NCBI GenBank assembly: GCA_963749915.1
Contig: CAVVOP010000027.1
Coordinates: 64,001-128,000, forward strand
DNA length: 64,000 bases
Reading direction: 5' to 3'
Origin: an uncultured cyanobacterium
GTDB lineage: Bacteria; Cyanobacteriota; Cyanobacteriia; Cyanobacteriales; Cyanobacteriaceae
Part shown: piece after piece, positions 55,288 through 64,000 of the stretch
How the letters are laid out: each line of letters opens with the position of its first letter
Numbering within the stretch: position 1 is the stretch's first letter
The notes under the pieces: model-generated
Told to the model about the DNA's origin: nothing
What the model saw: the letters and a program-made list of their open reading frames with translations, nothing else
The model's database searches: none
Made by a program: the position numbers and the translations under genes

Positions 55288-56181
55288 GTGAATTTCTACA
55301 CCCTTGATGTTTTTACCAATAAACCCTTTACCGGTAATCAATTAGCTGTGTTTCCCCATTTACACGAGTTATCTTCAGAGAAAATGCAAAAAATCGCGAT
55401 GGAGTTTAACTTCTCCGAAACGGTTTTCGTCTTTCCGCCTAGTAACCCCCAAGCTAATTTTGATGTGCGTATTTTTACCCCCGGGGGAGAAATTCCTTTT
55501 GCCGGACATCCCACCATCGGCACTGCTTTTCTCTTAGCATATTTGGGGATGGTTGATTTAACTGGTGATACCACCGAAATTATTTTACATGAAGGGATTG
55601 GGAATGTTCCTGTTACTATTTATAGTCAATATCATGAGCCCATCGCCACAGAATTGAAAGTACCGAATCCTCCGGAATTTTTTGGTGATATTCCCTCAAA
55701 AAAAGCCTTAAGCTCAGTTTTATCGTTATCAGAGACAGATTTAAGCGATAAATATACCCCTCAAGCCGTTTCTTGCGGTTTACCATTTTTAATTATTCCC
55801 CTCAACAGTCTTTCAGCTTTAACCAAGGCACAGATTAACTTGACGGCATGGCAAAAAACCCTATGGGATTATATCGCCCCCCATCTCTATCCTTGTTATC
55901 AGGTGGATGAATTTCAATGGCGAGTAAGAATGTTTGCCCCGGCTTTAAATATAGCGGAAGATCCAGCCACGGGTTCGGCGGCGACAGCTTTTTCTGCTTA
56001 TTTAGCTACTTATCAACCAGAAAATAACGGTAATTGGCAATGGTTAATTGAGCAAGGTATGGAAATCAATCGCCCTAGTAGAATTATAGCGATCGCCAGT
56101 AAAAAAGACAATAAAATCACGGAGATAAAAGTTAGAGGTGAATCGGTAATTATCACCGAGGGAATTTTGATCATTAATTAG
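55288..56181 (+). CDS. PhzF-family isomerase
   Basis: DVFT..PFTGNQLAV, SETVF, RIFTP..EIPFAGHPT, EDPATGSA. Confidence 0.93.
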   Translation: MNFYTLDVFTNKPFTGNQLAVFPHLHELSSEKMQKIAMEFNFSETVFVFPPSNPQANFDVRIFTPGGEIPFAGHPTIGTAFLLAYLGMVDLTGDTTEIILHEGIGNVPVTIYSQYHEPIATELKVPNPPEFFGDIPSKKALSSVLSLSETDLSDKYTPQAVSCGLPFLIIPLNSLSALTKAQINLTAWQKTLWDYIAPHLYPCYQVDEFQWRVRMFAPALNIAEDPATGSAATAFSAYLATYQPENNGNWQWLIEQGMEINRPSRIIAIASKKDNKITEIKVRGESVIITEGILIIN

Positions 56182-56409
56182 GTGAAAAGTCGGAATCCTA
56201 TACCAGTCAATCAAGTGTATTATATTGTAAAGAATTGTAAAGAAATACTGGCTTTCCATAACAAAATATTTCTTTTATGGTTTACTGGTGGTAGGAGTGT
56301 GTAGGGGTTAGAGTGATCGATAAGTTGGGAAGCACAGGCTTTATTACTATTCGGTCAATTGTTTTGGGGTCTAAATGGGGATGTAAACATTGCCTGAGGT
56401 GCACTTCAT

Positions 56410-56463
56410 CTATTTCTAAAGTTTTATGACTACGAAGTCAGCTATTTCTAAAGTTTTATGACT
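56410..56463. repeat. 22-bp direct repeat upstream of the RTX gene
   Basis: CTATTTCTAAAGTTTTATGACT at 56410-56431 and 56442-56463. Confidence 0.85.
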
Positions 56464-56720
56464 TTACGAGTAGCTAAAAGACTTTAAGTCTGTCTTAAGA
56501 TATTTGCCAGACTGAGTTTCAGACAATTTATAAAAGTAAACTTTTGTCAGTCATTCTTCGTTCTTAAATTGTTTGGAAAGCTTGATTCGCAAGCAGTAAA
56601 AGTGTGCTAGGTGGTGACGTCTCCACAACCTGAAAATGTGCGAACCGACAGTGCAATGGTTCTAAGAGCACTACTTCTATACCACTAGTGAGCGGCTTAC
56701 AGTTTACGAGGTAAATAACT

Positions 56721-58935
56721 ATGAATCCGATTTTTGCTGATATTTTCGATGGCAATCTGTTGGACAATAACATCACTAACGGTGGTGTTCTTGATGATAA
56801 TATTGTTCTCGACAATGGAAATGATACTTCCAACGGTGGCAGTGGCAACGATCTCATATATGGCATGGTGACGATTTGCTCTTCGGTGATACGGGGACGA
56901 CTACCTCTTCGGTGGTGCCGGTACAGACACCTCAAGGGTAATGGGAACAACGACACTCTCAATGGTGGCGCGGGCAACGACTACCTCTACGGTGGCACGG
57001 GGGACGATTCCCTCTTCGGTGACACGGGGGACGACTACCTCTTCGGTGGTGCCGTACAACACCTCAAATAATGGTAACGACTCGCTATTTGGAGGAAACG
57101 GCGACGACTACATCGACGGCGGCAATACAATCACGCAGACATGGCGGAACAACGACCTCCTCCAGGGGGGCTACAACCGCGACACCCTCAACGGTGGCAA
57201 TGGCAATGACAGTCTCATTCCGGATGGCGTATATGCGACGACGTGATGTCTGGCAATGGCAATGACGATCGCTATGCCTATACCGCAGCCAACATCGGCG
57301 GATCCAGCGTGGGGGACCTCCTCAATGGCGACAGTGGCAACGACTTCATCTACGGAAGCGGCGGCAACGACACCGCTGATGGTGGTTCCGGCAATGATCT
57401 CGGTTAATGGCGGCAATGGCAACGACCTCCTCCAGGGAGGCTTCAATCGCGACACCCTCAACGGTGGCAATGGCAATGACAGTCTCTATGCCTATACCGC
57501 AGCCAACATCGGCGGATCCGGCGTAGGTGACGTCCTCAATGGCGACAGCGGCAACGACTTCATCTACGGAAGCGGCGGCAACGACACCGCTGATGGTGGC
57601 AACGGCGATGACTACATAAGGCGGCAATGGCAACGACCTCCTCCAGGGGGGCTTCAACCGCGACACCCTCAACGGTGGCAATGGCAACGACAGTCTCTAT
57701 GCCTATACCGCAGCCAACATCAACGGATCCAGCGTGGGGGACGTCCTCAATGGCGACAGCGGCAACGACTTCATCTACGGAAGCGGCGGCAACGACACCG
57801 CTGATGGTGGTTCCGGCAATGACTTGATCGATGGCAGCAGTGGCAATGACAGTCTCATCGGCGGTTCTGGCCGTGACACCCTCAACGGTGGTGCTGGCAA
57901 CGACATATCACTTCGACGGCGACAGCGGTATTTACAATGGAGATGCTAGCGACGACGTGATGTACTCTGGCATTGGCGCCGAGACCATGGACGGCGGCTG
58001 CAGGAGTTGACTTGATCGACCACACCGCCTTCAATGGGGCTTACAGCTTCAACATGACAACGGGTCTGACGAACTTTGGCGGTGAACTCTTCACCAACTT
58101 CGAGAACGCCACCATGGGCAATGGCAATGACACCGTTATCGGCAACGCCTCTAACAACGTCATCAACAGCGGTGGGGGCAATGATACCCTCAACGGCGGT
58201 TCTGGCAATGACATCTTGAACGGCGGCAATGGCAATGACAGTCTCTTGGGCGGTTCTGGCAATGACATCTTGACCGGTGGTGGAGACGGTCAAATTGATG
58301 TGCTGACCAGCGGTAGTTTCGCCGATCAGGATACCTTCGTACTTGGCACTGGTTTCATCTTTGGCCAGGTCCTCTATGACTCTGCCGGTAATGCTGATTA
58401 TGCTCGAATTACTGATTTTGACCTTATTGATTTTGTAGGGGAACTAGCAACCCAGGTCGATCGAATCCAGCTCAGAGGGTCAGCATCCGGCTATCGGTTA
58501 CAAAATGGTATTAATAAATTAAAATAAAACGGTCAAATTGATGTGCTGACCAGCGGTAGTTTCGCCGATCAGGATACCTTCGTACTTGGCACTGGTTTCA
58601 TCTTTGGCCAGGTCCTCTATGACTCTGCCGGTAATGCTGATTATGCTCGAATTACTGATTTTGACCTTATTAATTTTGCAGGGGAATTAGCAACCCAGGC
58701 CGATCGAATCCAGCTCAGAGGGTCAGCATCCGACTATCGGTTAGTAAATAATCTTAATGTAGGGGGATTTATAGGAGTGGGTATTTATGACCGAAACGTA
58801 ATTGCCAATCCCTTTGATGACGATCTAATTGGTCTTGTTCAAGGGGTTACTGCAGGCAATGGTTTTGGGCAATTAAACCTAACCAACACAACTCAGTTCA
58901 CATATGTATCCACCGGTGTTATAATTCTCCCATAA
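56721..58935 (+). pseudogene. RTX (GGxGxD) Ca2+-binding repeat protein, multiply frameshifted, with duplicated C-terminal module
   Basis: GGNGND/GGSGND nonapeptides switch between all three frames; ~210-bp internal repeats; DTFVLG..YD..DYARITDF C-terminus present twice; visibly GC-richer than flanks. Confidence 0.85.
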
Positions 58936-58993
58936 TACGGTCGTTACAGGGCAAACGCAATTTCCCCTGAGAATCAAAAACAAAAGTAATCCG

Positions 58994-59017
58994 AAAGGTG
59001 GGCATCGCCCACCTTTT
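58994..59017. terminator. Hairpin/terminator of the GGTGGGCA..GCCCACC repeat type
   Basis: AAAGGTGGGC-ATC-GCCCACCTTTT after the RTX gene. Confidence 0.65.
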
Positions 59018-59286
59018 CACCTTTTATGGGAAAACCCTTGAAGATTCTCGTCTTTGAGTTTTGGATAGGGAAGAGGGGCTAGAAATCAAAAGAACCACCA
59101 TCAAATTGAGTATTTTTACTCAAAAAAATATCCTGACATTTTCTTTTGGTATTCATTTTCTCTAATTTCATAATCTCAAACTATACACTTTGACGTGCGA
59201 AATGTGGGTTAAAAAGATCGTAAATTATTGGAGATGTCTAATAGTTTAAAGCAAGAAATTGCAGCTTTCAACTTTGAAGGGCTAAA

Positions 59287-59811
59287 TCAAGTTTTTTTAC
59301 CAGGAATGATATAAATTACACCAGAAATAATAGTTAAAAATAAAGCTATCCAAAAGGAAATTAAGCCAAAGGTTTGCCAAATGCCAGAGAGGGGGATAAT
59401 TAGTAAACTGATGGCGATGATCTGCATAACGGTTTTCAGTTTTCCCCAGATATTTGCACCAGTTATCTTGTCTTGTTTTGCCCATTGAGGATTAACTCTC
59501 CATCCAGCAATGACAATTTCTCTAACAATAATAATTAATACTGCCCATGCTGGTATTTGTTGGCGTTCGATTAACACCAAAAAAGGGGCTATTACAAGAA
59601 TTTTATCGGTTAAAGGATCTAAAAATTTACCTAATTCAGTGATTTGATTTAATTTTCGGGCTAAATAACCGTCTAACCAGTCCGTTGCCGCGGCAATGAT
59701 GAAAATGGCAAAGGCCATCCATTGAAAGCTAATTTTTGGTTGATATAGTAAATATATTAGGGGAATAACAAAAATAATTCTTGTTAAAGTTATGGTATTG
59801 GGTATATTCAT
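59287..59811 (-). CDS. pgsA: CDP-diacylglycerol--glycerol-3-phosphate 3-phosphatidyltransferase
   Basis: NIPNTIT..R, TDWLDGYLAR..Q.T.LGKFLDPLTDK. Confidence 0.95.
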   Translation of the reverse strand: MNIPNTITLTRIIFVIPLIYLLYQPKISFQWMAFAIFIIAAATDWLDGYLARKLNQITELGKFLDPLTDKILVIAPFLVLIERQQIPAWAVLIIIVREIVIAGWRVNPQWAKQDKITGANIWGKLKTVMQIIAISLLIIPLSGIWQTFGLISFWIALFLTIISGVIYIIPGKKT

Positions 59812-59848
59812 TAAATGGGGGAATAGGGAATATTTTTTATATTAATAT

Positions 59849-60373
59849 CTGACGTTACGCAATAAGAGAATTAATTGTTTTAGTGAGGTATCAGGTATCA
59901 GGTATTAGGTGTCAGGTGTCAGATGTCAAAATACAAGCAACTGACTATTTTTTCCGTTGACTCAGTTTTTCCTTTAGACTATGTAACATGCTGCCAATTT
60001 CATCACATTTGTTTAATACTGTTTCTAATTCTTCATCTTTGAGATAGGCTAAACGTCCAACAATGATCAAATGAGTTTCTAATTCTTTAAGTGAACCATT
60101 GGCAATCGAGAGGTGACGAATATAATCACCTAAATAATTTCTGCCCTTTCCTTCTGCGATGTTGCTCCGAATTGAAACTGCCGCTCTTTGTATTTGACTA
60201 GTTAATCCATAAATTTCAGTTTTGGGAAGTTTGGAAGTTAGTTGATAACATCTCACTACCAAATCCATTGATTTTTGCCAAACTTTCAAATCTCGATAAC
60301 TTTTTACTTCAATCATTTTCAGAAAACCTAAAACCTGACAACTAAAACCTAACACATGAGTGCGTAACATCAG
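59849..60373. mobile_element. TIR-bounded cassette carrying a four-helix-bundle gene
   Basis: CTGACGTTACGCA (59849-61) and TGCGTAACATCAG (60361-73), 12/13 inverted match; heptamer arrays inside both ends. Confidence 0.55.
59945..60316 (-). CDS. Four helix bundle protein (23S rRNA IVP / Avd-like fold)
   Basis: SYRDLKVWQKSM, E.YGLTSQIQRAAVSI.SNIAEG, LSIANGSLKELETHL; start MIEVK at 60316. Confidence 0.92.
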   Translation of the reverse strand: MIEVKSYRDLKVWQKSMDLVVRCYQLTSKLPKTEIYGLTSQIQRAAVSIRSNIAEGKGRNYLGDYIRHLSIANGSLKELETHLIIVGRLAYLKDEELETVLNKCDEIGSMLHSLKEKLSQRKK

Positions 60374-60412
60374 TTAATATTTCTTTGTTAATTGTTAATT
60401 GTTAATGGCTAT

Positions 60413-61531
60413 TTATCTTCCTAGAGAAAGTTCTTCTTTTTTGCCCAAAATACCTTGGGGTCGAGAAATCATTAAAATCATTAAAATTAAACCAATAATC
60501 ATTACTCTTAATGCGCCTAATTGAGAATCATTGATTATATCTGAATTGCTAAAGATAAATCTGGTCAATGAGTCGTATCCCCAAAATATAATCGATCCTA
60601 AAATTACTCCTGCATTGTTACCTGAACCGCCTAGAATCACTATTATCCAAGCATTAAATGTTAATAAAGGTTCAAAACTGGAAGGATAAATAGTTGTTAA
60701 TTGCCAACTATAAAATGCTCCAGCAATTCCAGCGATCGCACCTCCTAACATGAAGGATTGTAGCTTGTAAGAAAAGACGTTTTTACCCAATGCTTTAGGT
60801 ATTTCTTCATCTTCTCGAATAGCTTTTAACACCCTACCCCAAGGAGAATGAACGAGAAGATCTAAGCCATAATAAACTAAGGTTAAGGTAATTAAAATTA
60901 ATAACATTAAGCCTGCTTTATAACTATAATTATATAAGGCAAGTATGCCGTTAACATAGATAATTAGAATTAAAATTAAGGTTAAACTACCAGAGAAATA
61001 AATATTAAAAATACTTGAAGGTTGATAACTTTTTCCTTGCATTTCTTGTCTTGATCGCAATTGTTGACGAATGTTTTTCTGTAATTGCCACAAAACAAAA
61101 ATTCCTAATAGGGAAAACACCACAATCATCATGATTTTACCTAAGGGATTCGGTTGAAAATTGCCAAAGGGTAATTGATAACCTTGTATTCCAAATGTGC
61201 CGTTGGTTAACCATTGTTCATTTTGTACGACTAGACGAATTAATTCGGAAACTCCGATAGTGACGATCGCCAAATAATCTTCTCGTAATTTCAAGGAAGT
61301 AAGACCGATCAAAAACCCCAAAAAAGAGGCAAGAATAGCCCCAATTATTAGCGCCAAGAATAGAGGTACTTCTTTTTCTGCCAACAAAACAGTAGTGTAA
61401 GCCCCGATAGTCATAAAAGCGACATGACCAAAATTAATTAATCCGGTGAAACCCCACTGTAAATTTAAACCCAAAGCAAATAAAGCATAAAGACTGGCGG
61501 AGATAGTCAAAAAAACCAGATATTCAACCAT
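60413..61531 (-). CDS. Branched-chain/neutral amino acid ABC transporter permease (LivM/NatC-like)
   Basis: GLNLQWGFTGLINFGH, LREDYLAIVT, SPWGRVLKAIREDE, RPQGILG. Confidence 0.92.
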   Translation of the reverse strand: MVEYLVFLTISASLYALFALGLNLQWGFTGLINFGHVAFMTIGAYTTVLLAEKEVPLFLALIIGAILASFLGFLIGLTSLKLREDYLAIVTIGVSELIRLVVQNEQWLTNGTFGIQGYQLPFGNFQPNPLGKIMMIVVFSLLGIFVLWQLQKNIRQQLRSRQEMQGKSYQPSSIFNIYFSGSLTLILILIIYVNGILALYNYSYKAGLMLLILITLTLVYYGLDLLVHSPWGRVLKAIREDEEIPKALGKNVFSYKLQSFMLGGAIAGIAGAFYSWQLTTIYPSSFEPLLTFNAWIIVILGGSGNNAGVILGSIIFWGYDSLTRFIFSNSDIINDSQLGALRVMIIGLILMILMISRPQGILGKKEELSLGR

Positions 61532-61773
61532 TTAAACCTCAATACACTAAAAAAATTATTGATAATAACCCGTTCAGAGTATATCTTATCTTCCTTGTTG
61601 TCGGCTTACTAGCGGTAGAGTTGGCAAATTATTAATTGCGATTAGAGATGATGGAGGGTAAGATTTTCAGGATACTATCCTACTTCGTTTAAGGTTTTAC
61701 TATTCGCCATAATTACTTATCCTTCTTGAGAAAAAAACTCAGAGGAAAATTGATAATTAATAATTAATAATTT

Positions 61774-62061
61774 TTAATGAACCTGATTATGTTCTGCTAA
61801 AATTTTCTCCACTTTGGCTTCTTCAAGTTTAGCAATAATTCGACTAGACTCATGAAGATCTCTTTGGGTTTTGGTGAGACTAACCGTTGAACCGATGGAG
61901 AAAAGTAGTCCCATTCCCATATAACCTTTAATCCAGATGTTAACAGGTAAATAAATTATACCAAGAGAAGTTGCACCAATCGAAAGGATAAAAGATAACC
62001 AAGTTTGAATAACCCAAGCATTACTATGACTTTGATTAAAATTGTCTTTTCCCATGATCAA
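61774..62061 (-). CDS. YiaA/YiaB-family inner membrane protein
   Basis: Two TMs, KGYMGMG, LTKTQRD.HE. Confidence 0.8.
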   Translation of the reverse strand: MIMGKDNFNQSHSNAWVIQTWLSFILSIGATSLGIIYLPVNIWIKGYMGMGLLFSIGSTVSLTKTQRDLHESSRIIAKLEEAKVEKILAEHNQVH

Positions 62062-62239
62062 TAAATATACAAAATAAACTTTTTACTACGATTATAATAG
62101 TCAGTATTTTTATTTGGTTTAGGGAATAGACAGTTTATAAATTGGACGACTTTATTTGTCTATTTAGATGATTACTTACAGGACTTGTGCAAAAGACCAG
62201 ATTAGGTTTTAAAAAACCAATATTCACATAGAGATAAAA

Positions 62240-63535
62240 TTATTCAAGATTCTTAATATATTGTATTCTGTAAATAACATTATTTGCTTCTTCGGTGAAT
62301 AAAATACCACCATCAGGCATGACTAATAATCCAACGGGTCTTCCCCAAGTAGAGGGAATGGAAGGATCTGTGAGAAAACCTGTCAAGAAGTCTTGATAAT
62401 AGCCTTTTGGCTTACCTTTATCATCAAAAGGAATAAAGACTAACTTATATCCTGTACCCTCACTACGATTCCATGAACCTCGAAAAGCGACAAATGCACC
62501 ATTTCGGTATTTTTCGGGAAAAGTTTTACCCTTATAAAATTGTAATCCTAAAGGTGCTGAGTGGGATTCAATCAAAACATCGGGGATAATAGTCTGCCTA
62601 ACCAATTCCGGTTTAATACTTTGACCTTCTTTCACATAACGAGGATCTAAAAATTCAGAGGATAAATAACTAAAAGGCCAGCCATAAAAACCTCCTTCTT
62701 GAACACGGGTAAAATAATCGGGTACTAAATCATCTCCTAAACCATCTCTTTCATTGACAGTGGTATATAATTCATTGGTGACAGGGTGAAAATCTAAACC
62801 GACAGGATTACGCAATCCGAAGGCAAAGGTTTGTTGGTTATTACCTTCAAAATCCATTGTTTGAATTGAGGCACGAGGTAATTCTTCTATATCAGCATTA
62901 GAACGAGAACCGATGGAAACATATAGTTTATTTTCTGTGGGAGAAACGACGACATTTCGAGTCCAATGTTGATGATAACCTCCCCCCGGAAGAGATGCGA
63001 TGGAGATTCCCTGTCCTTGTAATCTAGTTTGCCCTTGAGGATAATCATAACGTTTGACAGCATCATGATTTCCCAGAAAAAAATAATCTTCAGTAAAAGC
63101 CATACCAAAGGGAATATTTAAACCGTTAGTTTGATCAGCAAAAATTGTACGCACATCGGCAACTCCATTATTATCGGTATCTTGTAATAAAGTAATGCGA
63201 TTATTTCTAGTCTCTGTTACCAATACATCTCCATCAGGAGTTAAAGCCAACCAACGGGGATTGTTTAAACCTTCGGCATAAACATTTACTTGAAAACCAG
63301 GAGGTACATTCAATATTCTTGGAGAGGGAATGGGTAAAATTTGTGGAGGTTGAGATGCGCTATCGGAGGCAAAAGGTTTGGGTAATGATTCCAGTTCAAT
63401 CTTAATGGGTTCGGGGTTTAATATTTCCGTCGAAATCGGCGATATTTCCGCTGATTGGGACTCTGGTGGACTTGTTTTGATTGTACAAGAGACTATTATC
63501 AAAAAAAGTAAGAAAGATAAGTATTTTAGTTTCAT
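62240..63535 (-). CDS. PQQ-dependent sugar/L-sorbosone dehydrogenase-family lipoprotein
   Basis: Lipobox IVSC, HWTRN, GLRNPVG, NERDGLGDDLVPDY, HSAPLG, GSWNR, GRPVG. Confidence 0.9.
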   Translation of the reverse strand: MKLKYLSFLLFLIIVSCTIKTSPPESQSAEISPISTEILNPEPIKIELESLPKPFASDSASQPPQILPIPSPRILNVPPGFQVNVYAEGLNNPRWLALTPDGDVLVTETRNNRITLLQDTDNNGVADVRTIFADQTNGLNIPFGMAFTEDYFFLGNHDAVKRYDYPQGQTRLQGQGISIASLPGGGYHQHWTRNVVVSPTENKLYVSIGSRSNADIEELPRASIQTMDFEGNNQQTFAFGLRNPVGLDFHPVTNELYTTVNERDGLGDDLVPDYFTRVQEGGFYGWPFSYLSSEFLDPRYVKEGQSIKPELVRQTIIPDVLIESHSAPLGLQFYKGKTFPEKYRNGAFVAFRGSWNRSEGTGYKLVFIPFDDKGKPKGYYQDFLTGFLTDPSIPSTWGRPVGLLVMPDGGILFTEEANNVIYRIQYIKNLE

Positions 63536-63622
63536 TGAATTTTTCTAATATGTCAAAATATCCGATTTATTTTCTGTTATATACTTATACTTTAAAAGTC
63601 TTAACATTTACTTCTAATCATT

Positions 63623-64000
63623 ATGTCTTCTTCTCAGTGGTTACGATTACTAAAAAATGTCGGTAATTGGCAAGGATCATTTACTGAATTTTCAGCCAAT
63701 GGTGTTTTAATTAAAAATACCCCTACGGAGGTTAATTTAGAAGGTTTAAACGAGAATAAAACTATTAGATTGACGGTGGATCGTCTCGATAGTAATGATC
63801 CTCCTCATGTTAACGAATTTACTTCTCTAAATCGTAATATTTTCCTATTTGAAGATGGACATTTTGCCAAAGGCACACAACAATTTAGTCCTTTTTCAAT
63901 CTTTGGTGCTGAATTCGGCTTTTTTGCAAATGATCGCCGTTTACGCATGGTACAATTATTTGATAAAGAGAGTAACCTGGAACAAGTTACCTTAATTCGT
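63623..64000 (+). CDS. DUF3598-like protein, 5' part (runs off window end)
   Basis: MSSSQWLRLLKNVGNWQGSFTEFS... open to the end of the window; absent from the ORF track because it has no stop. Confidence 0.75.
   Translation, partial: MSSSQWLRLLKNVGNWQGSFTEFSANGVLIKNTPTEVNLEGLNENKTIRLTVDRLDSNDPPHVNEFTSLNRNIFLFEDGHFAKGTQQFSPFSIFGAEFGFFANDRRLRMVQLFDKESNLEQVTLIR

Noticed and set aside
56410..56463. Possible CRISPR mini-array
   Set aside because: Only two 22-bp repeats with a 10-nt spacer, and no cas genes.
58287..60316. Possible diversity-generating retroelement (near-identical repeat pair plus Avd-like gene nearby)
   Set aside because: Mismatches between the two copies include T/C changes rather than being adenine-specific, and no reverse transcriptase is present in the window.
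59945..60370. 141-aa version of the four-helix-bundle ORF
   Set aside because: The extra N-terminus is translated TIR and heptamer sequence; the family-like start is at 60316.

Overview
AT-rich chromosomal window from a unicellular cyanobacterium. HIP1 octamers (GCGATCGC) are frequent and chlL/chlN, clpR/clpP3 and sigC are present; a Cyanobacterium/Geminocystis-like host is my inference. Most genes are housekeeping or metabolic: cobM, a stand-alone EF-G paralog, grxC, mreD, bioB-bioY-lspA, lipB, ugd, gnd, eda, lepA, uvrB, ald, rpsD, a porin, lnt, ppk2/pap, thiS and pgsA. Two tRNAs are present, Gly-GCC and Leu-CAA. Accessory features are an intact IS1341-type tnpB element, an internally deleted IS605 element with tnpA and tnpB remnants, MITE-like elements, many heptamer tandem repeats, and three frameshifted surface/secreted protein genes (FHA-like, PEP-CTERM and a GC-rich RTX gene). 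Most notable: (1) a four-helix-bundle gene boxed by terminal inverted repeats and by mutually inverted heptamer arrays; (2) two independent +1 frameshifts at the same 13-nt motif; (3) an unannotated 48-aa AtpTheta-like microprotein gene; (4) a protease gene whose stop codon lies inside tRNA-Leu; (5) a candidate structured ncRNA behind a TrcR-like RHH regulator. No CRISPR array, reverse transcriptase or recognisable defence system was seen. All family assignments are by-eye motif recognition, not database searches.
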